Source of the DNA: Candidatus Poribacteria bacterium
Lineage (GTDB): Bacteria > Poribacteria > WGA-4E > GCA-2687025
Direction of reading: 5' to 3'
Length of the DNA stretch: 64,000 nucleotides
NCBI GenBank assembly: GCA_963665845.2
Contig: OY762492.1
Location: 2,304,001-2,368,000, forward strand
The notes beneath the pieces were generated by a model. It was not told the DNA's origin, did not search any database, and worked only from the letters and a program-made list of their open reading frames with translations. Position numbers and translations under genes: made by a program. Positions 11,501-20,635 of this stretch are shown piece by piece (position 1 is the first letter of the stretch; the number at the start of each line of letters is the position of its first letter).

Positions 11501-14500
11501 GGTCCCATGGCTTTGATCGGCGAGGAAGAAACGCTGACAGCCGATGTTGAAGACAACACGGCAGTTGCATCGATTGTTTGGGAATTCCCGGACGGCACAA
11601 CGCAATCGGGCATGGCCGCAACAAAGTCGTTTGACGAGGTTGCGCGTTATTCGGTGACGTTGACCGTTACAGACGTGGCGAACAACGAAGTAACCCGAAC
11701 CAAGACGATTGACGTGCTGGATCTGCGGTTCTCAACCGCCTCTGATCAGGTGGAATACGATGAGAACGGCGTCGCAACCGTTGCCGTTACCATCGAAGCG
11801 GAAGGGCCCGCTGGAATCATCGATTTTGGCGACAGCGTCTATACGTTGACGCTGACGGACGGCGTTTCCGACGACACGGATGATTTCACGAAGACATACG
11901 AGTCGGACGCAGACCTCGGCGACCATACGCTGACAGCGACGGTCACGAACGAGGACGGGCAGACGGTGATCCAGTCGGTGACGGTGGAGCTTGTTGACCT
12001 GATCGCTCCGACAGCGGAGTTGACTTCGGTTGCGGAGCCGCTTGAGCTGGTCGGGCAGCCTGTTGATGTGAGCGTTACGGTGGTGGAAAACACCGAAATC
12101 GCATCGATAGAGTGGCGAGCCGACGGCGAAGTTCTCGAATCGAGAGCGCCGACAGCGGAAGAGATCGAATCGGGCGTTTTCGCCTACACCTACATGCAGG
12201 AAGGCGACGACCCGGCGCCGGCGCTGGTGAACGTGACTTTCCATGTCACGGACACTTCCGACAACACGAACGATGCGGACACGCCAATATCGGTTCCGAT
12301 CACCTTCGTGGATGTTGAGTTCAGCGCGGAGTCGCTGGAAGTGCCTTACGATGCGGACGGCGTCGCTTCTACAGCCATGACGATCGTTGTGAACGGGCCT
12401 GACGGCGTTGTGACGCCGGAAAGCGCGGGGCTGACCATGGCGTTGACCCCTGACGATCTGTTCCCCGATCTTGAAACGTTCTCCAAGACCTACGCGAGCG
12501 CGGAAGACCTTGGCGAGCATGAAGTGACGCTGACGATCACATCCGAAGCGGGCGAGCAGATTGTCAAGATGCTGACGCTGACCCTCGTTGATCATATCTA
12601 TCCGATGGTAACGCTGACCTCTACTGCGGAGCCTCTTAAAGAGGCCGGGCAGTCTGTTATGGTGAGCGTTGATGTGGTGGAAAACACGGAGATCAGAGGG
12701 ATTGAATGGAGAGTTGACGGCGTAGCGGTTGAAATACGAAAGCCCGAAGCGGGCGAGACTGCATTCAGCTACACCTACACGCAGGACGATCCTGCGCCGG
12801 CGGCTGTCGAGGTGTCGTTCCATACTGCGGATACCTCTAGGAACCGAAACGACGACTCTGAGAGCGCCGACGCGACGCCGATCAATGTTCCGATCACCTT
12901 CGTGGAAGTTGAGTTCAGCGCGAAGGTTCCGGACCCAGATCCGTCTACAGAGGCGCATGAGGTGTATTACGACGCTGACGGCGTCGCTTCCCTAGACATG
13001 ACGATCGTCATGGAGTTGCCTGCCGGCGTTACGCTGACCACAGCGTTGGCTCCTGAGGATCTGTTCATCGATGATACATTCTCCAATACCTACGAAGCGC
13101 CGGAGGATATTCGGGACCAGTTAGTGAGTCTGACGATTGCCAAAAGCGGCGAAGAGATTGTCAAGGAGCTGACGCTGGCGCTTCGCGATATGATTCCACC
13201 GACGGTTTCCCCGATTGCGGCAGATTCGACGAACTCGGCCGGCGAGCCGTTCATTCTGACGAACCGCGATCTGACTCTGTCGGCGAGCGCGTCGGACAAT
13301 ACCGAAATCTTGACGGTGGAGTGGGTCTTCCCCGACGGGACGGTTGAAGGGGCTTTGGACGCGGAGGGCAACACCTCCGTGACGCGCGTCTTCACGGAGC
13401 CGGGCGACTTCACGGTGACGCTGCGCGTTGTGGACGCGGGCGGCAACGAAAGTACCTCGGAGACGATGGTGACGGTTCGACGGGTTGAGGTGGGCGGTTT
13501 GGCGCTTGACCTGCGCGGCGCGTCCGAAATTATTGTGGCGCTGCTGCAATCGCCGTTGGTGAGCGATTTGCTGGCAGAGAACGGTCTGCCGACGATTCCG
13601 CAGCTTCTGGGCGACAACCCCACCACAGCGGATGTTCTGCAGTTGTTGAACTCGCCTGAAATTATGGCGGCGCTGCAGCAAGCCGGCTTGACATTGCCGG
13701 GTTTGCCTGCAATGTTGAACCCTGTGATCATCCCTGACGATGAAGACCTTTACCTTGAGAACTTCGGCAATGCGCTGTCGGTTCCGCATCTTGAGGTGTG
13801 GGACAACCTGAGCGGCGTTGCGGACGGCTCCTATCGTATCGAGAAGGGTTTGACGCTGACAGGACATAAGTTGAGCCTGTTTGCGGTCGCCCCGAAGGCG
13901 ATGGAGGTGATCGTTACGCTGCATGGAAGCGACGGGATGACCTATCCCGTCTCCGGCATGAGCGCCGAGGGAACGGGAACCTTCCAGCATGAGTTCGCCG
14001 TTGATGAAGAGCTGTTCCTGGCGACGCTGCCTGCATGGCCTGCGAGCGACTCCAGCCCCATTCAGGAGGTGACGCTGCGTCTTTCCACGAACGGGATGGA
14101 AGGTCCGTATCGGTCGGTTCCGCTGACTAAAGAGATGCGGACGGTCGGCGGATACGCGGAGCCTGTCTGGAGCGCGACCGATACGCTTGACGCGGGCAAA
14201 ACCCACTACTACTACTATGTGGTGGAAATGACGCACCAGATACCGGTCGGCGGCGGGAAACGCACGGCGAAGATGCTTGTGATCCCCGATCCGCGCAATC
14301 TTCAGATGGAGCCGACGATCGATATTGCCAGCTTGACGATTGAGGACCTTCAGAATGTGGCGAACACGGGGCGCGTTCCGCTCGTGTCTAAGTTCTCGAC
14401 TCCTTCGGCAGAAGGCCTCTGGACTTTTGACTTTGACCTGAGCCAGATTCCCGACGGCGACTATCAAGTGACCGTCACGGTGGACGGCGAGGATGGATTT

Positions 14501-17500
14501 GTCACGCCGGACGGCGCGGCTGGAATGCGGCCCTTGAGCATCAACCGCGCGCCTGAACCTGTTTCAGATGTGACGGTAGAAGCGATCAACGGCGCGACTC
14601 ATTATATAGATGAGAGCGGCGCGGTTGTGACGACGAACGCCAACGGCGAAGGTTCCTTGTCGCTGACAGCGGAAGCGATGGACGGCGGCGAGGACATCTA
14701 CGACCGCACCAGCGTTGTCTTCCAAATCCGTCCGGTCACCGGCGAGCCGACCGTTGACTTCTGGACGACGATTAACATCCCCACGAGCGTGACGCCGCTC
14801 ATGGACGGCTTGGCGAACGACGAGTTCGTGCCGCTGCTCGCCTATGTGAATCAGATTGCAGGCGGGAACGGATTGCTCGGACGCATCGGACCTGAACCTG
14901 TCCGCACGGAGATGCTGGACTATCCGCAGGTCGGCAGCTACCAGATTCGGGCGATTTCCATTGACCAGTTCAGCAACCTGAGCATGTCGAATCCACAGGC
15001 GGTTGAGGTTGTTCCGCGCACGGTTGGCGAGTTCAATGTGTCCAGTCTGGGCATCGGGAACTTGAAAGGCAACGAAGCGGAACGTTATATCTCCGCCGAG
15101 GTGCCGGAAGACGGCTCGGTCGCCGCGGACGATTTCCGCATCTGGTCGGACACGACGCAGTTGGAACTGATGATACGCAGTTTGCGGGATGTTACTATTC
15201 CGTTGACGAGCGCGACGATCCAAAGCTCGACAGACGGCGGAGCCACTTGGACAGACCTGAAAATGTATGACGAGGCTGCTTTGGCGGATGTGGACGCATC
15301 TTGGATGTCGGACATGACCTCTCATATGATCGACGGCGTTCAGCTCGCGACGGACGGCGTGACGGAATACCGCCTGCGCGTTGCGGCGGAGAATAGGCTG
15401 ACAATCAGCGGCGTCGGACCTGAAACGGTCTTGGTTGTGGATGTCTTGCCGATACCGGTTACGCCGGAGGTTCTGGCGTTTGCGTCAGCGCAGGCTGAAG
15501 GAACGTCGGTCAGCCCGGACAGCGGCGGGGCGCGCGATCAGCTGGTGTTGACGGTTGATACGCCGTTCAACATGCTGCCGAAAGCGCCCTCGGTTGTGAT
15601 TGAAATCAGCGCGGACGGCGGACAAACGTTCATGCCGCTTGCGATGGAGATGGGCGGTCCCGAAGCGGGAACGATCTCTGCAGACGACCACACAGCGGCT
15701 GACGGAATGCCTGAAATCGGCGTGAACCGCACCACCTGGACGGCGGTCTGGGACACGACGATGGCGGCTGACACGGTTGAAAATATGGAACCGGAAGCGC
15801 GCGACGCTTCTATGGACGACAACCCGTATATCGTCCGCGCGTCTCTGATGGGAGAAGGCGGCACGGCGTATCTGTCCGAAACGCTGACGATCCCTGTCGA
15901 CAATGTGGACGATGTCCCGCCGCTCTCTTCAACGGTTGTGACGCTGGTGGAACGCGAAGCGAAGGCGCCGGGAACCTTTGAAGCGGTGGACGCGAATGAG
16001 GACGGCTCCTACACGGTTCGCTCCGATGTTCGCATCACGGCGAGCGTGACGGCGGGCTATCTGACGATTGAGGGAGGCGATGTCGCGCTGGTCGTTGTGG
16101 ATGAAAGCGGCGCCGTGATGGAAATGCTGGGCGACGCGGCTCCTGTGGCGGAAGGTCAAGAGAGTTACAGCTTTGAGTTTGACTCGACGATGTTCCCGAA
16201 CGGAGCTTTGCGCCTTGCCGTTCTCGCGACGGACGCCTCCGGGAATCAAGAGTTGACCGTGATGGATACGACGGTGGTCGCCAACATCGCCAACATTCTG
16301 ATTGGCGGGCTGCTGCCGGACGATCCGGGCGTGTATGAGTTGATTCGCATCACGCAGACGGGCGCCTTGATGACCGACCGCACCTTTGCGACGGATCAAG
16401 CTGATCGGCCGATTGGCGGAACGGCGCTGTTTGAGCTGGACACCGAAAACGCGATGACGGCTCAAGCCTACATCTCCGCCAACATGGCGGATCTGATGGA
16501 CGAGGCGCTTGCTGACGCGACGCCGATGGAGGCGGTGGGCGAGAACGGCGCCTTCCAGTTGCCGTTGGATGTGAGCGGCTTGGCGGACGGCGAATACTAT
16601 GTGCGTATCGTCCTTGCCGCCAGCCCGAACGTGTTTGCGCCGCTGGCGCCGGTTGCGTTCACCGTTGACAACACGGCTCCTCCGCTTACGATTGAGGCGC
16701 CGGCTTCTGGAACAGCGGTCAATACGCGGCCGACGATCGTCTCGGAAGGTTATGAAGACCCGACGGGCATCGTGACGGTTGGGCTGACGCTTTCTGCGAA
16801 CGGCTCGGAAGTCTTCACAGGCTTTGCGGGCGGGAACGCGGATATGCGGCTCGCCGGCAACGAAGACCTTGTGAACGCCGACGGCATGACGACAGACGGT
16901 CTCATGTTTGCGGCTCCGCAGATCAGCTACATAACGCCGAGCGATGTTCGCCATCCGAGCGGCAGCTACGTAGCGACGGGAACCGCGACCGACTATGCGG
17001 GGAATGTCGCTGTCGTGAGCGCTGTTTATGTGATTGAACAGGATGCGACGGCTCCGACCGTTAGCGCGTATTCGCCGACAGGCGTCATCGCGACGCGAAC
17101 GCCGACGGTGAGAGTTTCCTTCACAGAAGACAACTCCGGCGTGACCGCCGAGGGCGTTTCTATACAGGTGAGCGACAACGAAGGCAATGCGGTTGCGGGA
17201 ACGACGACCCTGCAGACGATTCCGCTGCATCTGGGCGACGACGCTACCGCAGACGACATACTGGATGCATTGAATTCGTCCGACGTTATGGACGAGCTGC
17301 AGCAGGGCGACGGACCGCAATTGAGCGGCATCGTTAGCTTCATCGCAGACGAAGACCTTGCGAACGGCGCCTACAGCGTCGTCGCGAGCGTCGCGGACGC
17401 TGAAGGCAACGCCGCGCCTGTATCGTGGGAGTTCACGGTCTATGTGGACGACAACCCGCCCGTCATCACCGAGTTCTCGCCGTCCGGAACCATCGAAACG

Positions 17501-20500
17501 GCGGATACGACGCTGAGCGCGACCTTCTATGACGAGTTGGAAGTGACGAGCGTGACCTTCACGGTTGACGGCGGCGAGCCGATGGACGCTGACGCGATTG
17601 TTGACAACACCTCAGCAACGCTGGCGGTGACGGGACTTTCCGACGGCGCCCATACAGTGGTTGTAACAGCAACCGACGCGCTTGGAAATGTCGGCTCTGG
17701 GCAGTTCACCTTCACGGTCTCGTTGGATCTGGAGCCGCCGGTTATCACGGCGTTCTCCCCGACGGGCGTTGTAGAGATGCCTGATACGACGTTGGCGGCG
17801 ACCTTCTTGGACGAATCCGAGGTGGTGAGCGTGACCTTCGCGGTTGACGGCGGCGAGGCGATGGACGCGGACGCAATCGCGGACAACACCTCGGCGACGC
17901 TGGCGGTGACAGGGCTTGCCGACGGCGATCATACGGTCGTTGTGACGGCGACGGATGAGCATGGGAATGTCGGCTCTGCCGAGTATCAGTTCACGGTGTC
18001 GTTGGATCTGGAGGCTCCGGTCATCACGACGGTTTCTCCGACGGGCGTTGTTGAGATGCCTGATACAACGTTGGCGGTTGCCTTCTCGGACGAATCCGCT
18101 GTGACAAGCGTGACCTTCGCCGTTGACGGCGGCGACGCCATGGACGCTGCGATTGCGGACGACAACACTTCCGCGACGCTGGCGGTGACAGGGCTTGCCG
18201 ACGGCGATCATACGGTCGTAGTGACGGCGACGGACGAGCATGGGAATGTCGGCTCTGCCGAGTATCAGTTCACAGTGTCGTTGGATCTGGAGCCGCCTGT
18301 CATCACGACGGTTTCTCCGACCGGCGTTGTTGAGATGCCCGATACGACATTGGCGGTCGCCTTCTCGGACGAATCCGCGGTGACAAGCGTGACCTTCGCC
18401 GTTGACGGCGGGGACGCGATGGACGCCGCGATTGCGGACGACAACACCTCGGCGACGCTGGCGGTGACCGGACTTGCCGACGGCGATCATACGGTCGTTG
18501 TGACCGCGACGGATGAGCATGGGAATGTCGGTTCCGCCGAGTATCAGTTCACGGTGTCGTTGGATCTGGAGGCTCCTGTCATCACGACGGTTTCTCCGAC
18601 CGGCGTTGTTGAGATGCCTGATACAACGTTGGCGGCTGCTTTCTCGGACGCTTCCGCTGTGACAAGCGCGACCTTCGCCGTTGACGGCGGGGACGCGGTG
18701 GACGCTGCGATTGCGGATGACAACACTTCCGCGACGCTGGCGGTGACAGGACTATCCGACGGCGATCATACGGTCGTTGTGACCGTGACGGACGAACATG
18801 GGAATGTTGGCTCTGCCGAGTATCAGTTCACGGTGTCGCTGGATCTGGAGGCTCCGGTCATCACGACGGTTTCTCCGACCGGCGTTGTTGAGATGCCTGA
18901 TACGACGTTGGCGGCGACCTTCTCAGACGCCTCGGCGGTGGTGAGCGTGACCTTCGCAGTGGATGGCGGCGACGCCGTTGACGCTGCGGCGATTGCGGAC
19001 AACACCTCGGCGACGCTGGCGGTGACTGGACTTGCCGACGGCGATCATACGGTCGTAGTGACGGCGACGGATGAGCATGGGAATGTCGGCTCTGCCGAGT
19101 ATCAGTTCACGGTGTCGCTGGATCTGGAAGCGCCGGTCATCACGACAGTGTCGCCTACAGGAACGGTGGAATCTGCCGATACAACGTTGGCGGCGACCTT
19201 CTCGGACGCCTCCGAGGTGGACAGCGTGACCTTCTCGGTTGACGGCGGAGCCGCCCAAGACGCGGCGAGCATCGCGGACAACACGATGGCGCGGCTGCCT
19301 GTGACGGGTCTTTCCGACGGCGAACATACGGTTGTTGTGACGGCGACGGATGAACATGGCAATGTCGGCTCGGCGGAATACCTGTTCACGGTATCGCTGG
19401 ACACGGCGGCGCCGGTCATCACATCCATCTCCCCGACAGGGGTTGTCCGAACGGCTGACACGACGCTGGCGGTCAACTTCTTTGACGACTCTGAGGTGGA
19501 CAGCGTGACCTTCGCCGTTGACGGCGGAGCCGCCCAAGACGCGGCGGACATCATCGACAACTCGCGGGCGCATCTGCCGGTGGACGGGCTTTCGCAAGGA
19601 AGCCATACGGTGGTTGTGACGGCGACCGATGAACATGGGAATAAGGCGTCGGCTCAATTCAGCTTCTTGGTTGAGATCGACATGATCCCGCCGACGATCG
19701 CAACGACGGCTCCCACAGGATATGTGCGGTCGCTGCGGCCGCTCATCTCGGCGACCTTCACCGACAACCTTGCCGGCGTGGACGCCGACAGCGTTGAGCT
19801 GATGGTCAACGGAAATGCTGTGAACGCCGATGCAACCGACTCGAGCGTCTCGTATCAGCCCAGCGCGGATCTGGCGACAGGAACGCATGAAGTGACGCTG
19901 ACGCTTGCGGACGCGCTCGGAAACGAAACGTCGACAAGCTGGACATTCACAATTGAAACCACGCCTCCGAGCATCTGGCCGGCCGCTCCGGTGGACGGCG
20001 CGCGCGTCGGCAAGAATGTGGCGGCGCGGACAGATGTGGTTGTGAGCGCCTACTACACCGATGCCGATTCGGGCATTGATGTGGATTCGGTTGAGCTGAC
20101 CGTGACTCGGAACGGCAACCGCGTAGCGGGAACGATTGAAAGCAAGACGGAATCGGGCGTCGCATGGAAAGCGCAGAATGTGCTGCGAGCCGGCATCTAC
20201 ACGGTGACGGTCTCGGTCGCAGACAATCTGGGCAACGCGACGGAGCATTCCTGGAGCTTCATCGTTGAAGAGGAAGAGGCGATCACCATACCGGTTCGCG
20301 TCGTTCCGAACCCGTTTGAAAAAGATGTGGCTGTCTGGGTCGGTCTCGGCAAAGAAGCCGAAGTGCGGGTTCGCATCTACGACCTGAACGGACGGCTTGT
20401 GGCAGAGCGCCCGGGACAGATACTGCTTCCGGGACGCCATGCGATCAACCTGACTGAAGAGACCTGCAACTACGGACGCGGCGTTTACATCTGCCAAGTG

Positions 20501-20563
20501 ATTGTGGACGCGGCGGATCGGGAGCGGGTTGTCAAGATCGTCAAGATGGCGAAAATCAGATAA
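8552..20563 (+). CDS. Giant acidic adhesin-like protein (~4000 aa): signal peptide, invasin/Big_1-like and PKD-like domains, tandem 93-aa Ig repeats, divergent T9SS-like C-terminal domain
   Basis: GGAGG at 8541 precedes ATG 8552 (ORF track starts at 8519). Sec signal '...IAAIGLVFGSAATAAAQ'. Big_1-like 'ADGASTAVVTATL...DGTYTATFTAG'. PKD-like 'WEFPDG...YSVTLTVTD'. It ends 'VVPNPF...VRIYDLNGRLV...GVYICQV...KIVKMAKIR'. Confidence 0.92.
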   Translation: MRDFQSYFKTAVVWIAAIGLVFGSAATAAAQFSNFKVTVSLTDREGNAATGLNVVFQNTSAPEGSQAAQEQDLSEDASTPGSYSVTLTDLDIGGIFKQVLIPKEGDVVSIRATQTVGGVTSPWSTLQRTITKAELDAGETNIAMTESGLTVEFEEADVRGDGVSTATLVVTVVDASGNLIDDADLTATTTAGSVGAFTSVGSGKHEAVFNAPLTSQDVTAEVTVTYGADSGKATINIIGVPANITVSVDPTELVADGASTAVVTATLTREGEAVVNETVTIEATLGTVGDVTNNEDGTYTATFTAGTTAGTAEITVTASAGDTGEASLTLTPGAPAGIVASVDPTQIRGDSITTATFTATIADANGNPVSGLENVTATLTGGGSIGDVADAGDGTYTAVYTSPLVKEDAVATVEFAYAALTPASATLTVTGEPDAEATILVVKGLATYLDRSHAAPNGLSVLVENVTKDSSVTSATGDDGLGRYSATFFDLANPNAVVASSNDLIRVTVTDPESNQSTVVERRLTADEVNATIVDIDVETNLKATASEFLVAGTVQYSDGTAAVLPGAGLRVEVSIGEAVQGQPLNEAPNGVFSIQFAGPTFEVATGDLINITVYDIDNNVVATGSQFTFIASSAQVIGGEIDLGDIQTTVDAHTASLKVIGSLKYNDGAAGILPREQLTAIVTVGADRKDPLSIDSPMGDFEVSFLDAQSAAKTGDLVSIEVLKNGDVVASMSRQITSQEVIDGAFNFNDVVTSLPAMSGGTGLLIVSGTVTADVEIPDGSMVLVTNLHRGDTSTSSPVTITNGKYSAVLQSSNVGAPNLGDVAETGDVLLIEVLDPDGVVLAANETVLDSMAVVLGAMTGANVQVTGVVIALTIGGDPVDANSSHQTQYDANGVASATVVATVSGSVSAGELTFDSGGVGSFEPLDGNTRTFSTVYADEMYFSSDRGLVTITVSAGDKASRTVTLNVVDIDDPVINSITPEGPMALIGEEETLTADVEDNTAVASIVWEFPDGTTQSGMAATKSFDEVARYSVTLTVTDVANNEVTRTKTIDVLDLRFSTASDQVEYDENGVATVAVTIEAEGPAGIIDFGDSVYTLTLTDGVSDDTDDFTKTYESDADLGDHTLTATVTNEDGQTVIQSVTVELVDLIAPTAELTSVAEPLELVGQPVDVSVTVVENTEIASIEWRADGEVLESRAPTAEEIESGVFAYTYMQEGDDPAPALVNVTFHVTDTSDNTNDADTPISVPITFVDVEFSAESLEVPYDADGVASTAMTIVVNGPDGVVTPESAGLTMALTPDDLFPDLETFSKTYASAEDLGEHEVTLTITSEAGEQIVKMLTLTLVDHIYPMVTLTSTAEPLKEAGQSVMVSVDVVENTEIRGIEWRVDGVAVEIRKPEAGETAFSYTYTQDDPAPAAVEVSFHTADTSRNRNDDSESADATPINVPITFVEVEFSAKVPDPDPSTEAHEVYYDADGVASLDMTIVMELPAGVTLTTALAPEDLFIDDTFSNTYEAPEDIRDQLVSLTIAKSGEEIVKELTLALRDMIPPTVSPIAADSTNSAGEPFILTNRDLTLSASASDNTEILTVEWVFPDGTVEGALDAEGNTSVTRVFTEPGDFTVTLRVVDAGGNESTSETMVTVRRVEVGGLALDLRGASEIIVALLQSPLVSDLLAENGLPTIPQLLGDNPTTADVLQLLNSPEIMAALQQAGLTLPGLPAMLNPVIIPDDEDLYLENFGNALSVPHLEVWDNLSGVADGSYRIEKGLTLTGHKLSLFAVAPKAMEVIVTLHGSDGMTYPVSGMSAEGTGTFQHEFAVDEELFLATLPAWPASDSSPIQEVTLRLSTNGMEGPYRSVPLTKEMRTVGGYAEPVWSATDTLDAGKTHYYYYVVEMTHQIPVGGGKRTAKMLVIPDPRNLQMEPTIDIASLTIEDLQNVANTGRVPLVSKFSTPSAEGLWTFDFDLSQIPDGDYQVTVTVDGEDGFVTPDGAAGMRPLSINRAPEPVSDVTVEAINGATHYIDESGAVVTTNANGEGSLSLTAEAMDGGEDIYDRTSVVFQIRPVTGEPTVDFWTTINIPTSVTPLMDGLANDEFVPLLAYVNQIAGGNGLLGRIGPEPVRTEMLDYPQVGSYQIRAISIDQFSNLSMSNPQAVEVVPRTVGEFNVSSLGIGNLKGNEAERYISAEVPEDGSVAADDFRIWSDTTQLELMIRSLRDVTIPLTSATIQSSTDGGATWTDLKMYDEAALADVDASWMSDMTSHMIDGVQLATDGVTEYRLRVAAENRLTISGVGPETVLVVDVLPIPVTPEVLAFASAQAEGTSVSPDSGGARDQLVLTVDTPFNMLPKAPSVVIEISADGGQTFMPLAMEMGGPEAGTISADDHTAADGMPEIGVNRTTWTAVWDTTMAADTVENMEPEARDASMDDNPYIVRASLMGEGGTAYLSETLTIPVDNVDDVPPLSSTVVTLVEREAKAPGTFEAVDANEDGSYTVRSDVRITASVTAGYLTIEGGDVALVVVDESGAVMEMLGDAAPVAEGQESYSFEFDSTMFPNGALRLAVLATDASGNQELTVMDTTVVANIANILIGGLLPDDPGVYELIRITQTGALMTDRTFATDQADRPIGGTALFELDTENAMTAQAYISANMADLMDEALADATPMEAVGENGAFQLPLDVSGLADGEYYVRIVLAASPNVFAPLAPVAFTVDNTAPPLTIEAPASGTAVNTRPTIVSEGYEDPTGIVTVGLTLSANGSEVFTGFAGGNADMRLAGNEDLVNADGMTTDGLMFAAPQISYITPSDVRHPSGSYVATGTATDYAGNVAVVSAVYVIEQDATAPTVSAYSPTGVIATRTPTVRVSFTEDNSGVTAEGVSIQVSDNEGNAVAGTTTLQTIPLHLGDDATADDILDALNSSDVMDELQQGDGPQLSGIVSFIADEDLANGAYSVVASVADAEGNAAPVSWEFTVYVDDNPPVITEFSPSGTIETADTTLSATFYDELEVTSVTFTVDGGEPMDADAIVDNTSATLAVTGLSDGAHTVVVTATDALGNVGSGQFTFTVSLDLEPPVITAFSPTGVVEMPDTTLAATFLDESEVVSVTFAVDGGEAMDADAIADNTSATLAVTGLADGDHTVVVTATDEHGNVGSAEYQFTVSLDLEAPVITTVSPTGVVEMPDTTLAVAFSDESAVTSVTFAVDGGDAMDAAIADDNTSATLAVTGLADGDHTVVVTATDEHGNVGSAEYQFTVSLDLEPPVITTVSPTGVVEMPDTTLAVAFSDESAVTSVTFAVDGGDAMDAAIADDNTSATLAVTGLADGDHTVVVTATDEHGNVGSAEYQFTVSLDLEAPVITTVSPTGVVEMPDTTLAAAFSDASAVTSATFAVDGGDAVDAAIADDNTSATLAVTGLSDGDHTVVVTVTDEHGNVGSAEYQFTVSLDLEAPVITTVSPTGVVEMPDTTLAATFSDASAVVSVTFAVDGGDAVDAAAIADNTSATLAVTGLADGDHTVVVTATDEHGNVGSAEYQFTVSLDLEAPVITTVSPTGTVESADTTLAATFSDASEVDSVTFSVDGGAAQDAASIADNTMARLPVTGLSDGEHTVVVTATDEHGNVGSAEYLFTVSLDTAAPVITSISPTGVVRTADTTLAVNFFDDSEVDSVTFAVDGGAAQDAADIIDNSRAHLPVDGLSQGSHTVVVTATDEHGNKASAQFSFLVEIDMIPPTIATTAPTGYVRSLRPLISATFTDNLAGVDADSVELMVNGNAVNADATDSSVSYQPSADLATGTHEVTLTLADALGNETSTSWTFTIETTPPSIWPAAPVDGARVGKNVAARTDVVVSAYYTDADSGIDVDSVELTVTRNGNRVAGTIESKTESGVAWKAQNVLRAGIYTVTVSVADNLGNATEHSWSFIVEEEEAITIPVRVVPNPFEKDVAVWVGLGKEAEVRVRIYDLNGRLVAERPGQILLPGRHAINLTEETCNYGRGVYICQVIVDAADRERVVKIVKMAKIR
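17447..19678 (+). repeat. Eight tandem 279-bp (93-aa) coding repeats, with more diverged copies on both sides
   Basis: Units 'D..PPVIT..SP.G...GL.DG.HTVVVTATD..GN' start at 17447, 17726, 18005, 18284, 18563, 18842, 19121 and 19400, an exact 279-bp period. Confidence 0.95.
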
Positions 20564-20571
20564 CAAGGAAC

Positions 20572-20604
20572 GCGGGGGCTGCGCAAACAGCCCCCGCCCC
20601 TTTC
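20572..20604 (+). terminator. GC-rich intergenic stem-loop (attenuating terminator or mRNA-stabilising hairpin)
   Basis: gcgggggctg (20572-20581) pairs with cagcccccgc (20588-20597), followed by a short T run. Confidence 0.6.
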
Positions 20605-20635
20605 ACCTTCGCGCAGAGATACATAGGAGCGTCTG

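Noticed and set aside
17447-19678. 279-bp repeats as a CRISPR or DGR template/variable repeat
   Set aside because: They are contiguous in-frame coding repeats with mainly synonymous differences, no spacers, and no cas or reverse transcriptase gene in the window.
2606-20566. Long minus-strand ORFs (e.g. 2606-5368, 6458-8101, 15929-17320, 18923-20566)
   Set aside because: Antisense shadows of the giant high-GC genes, with Arg/His-rich nonsense composition and no motifs.
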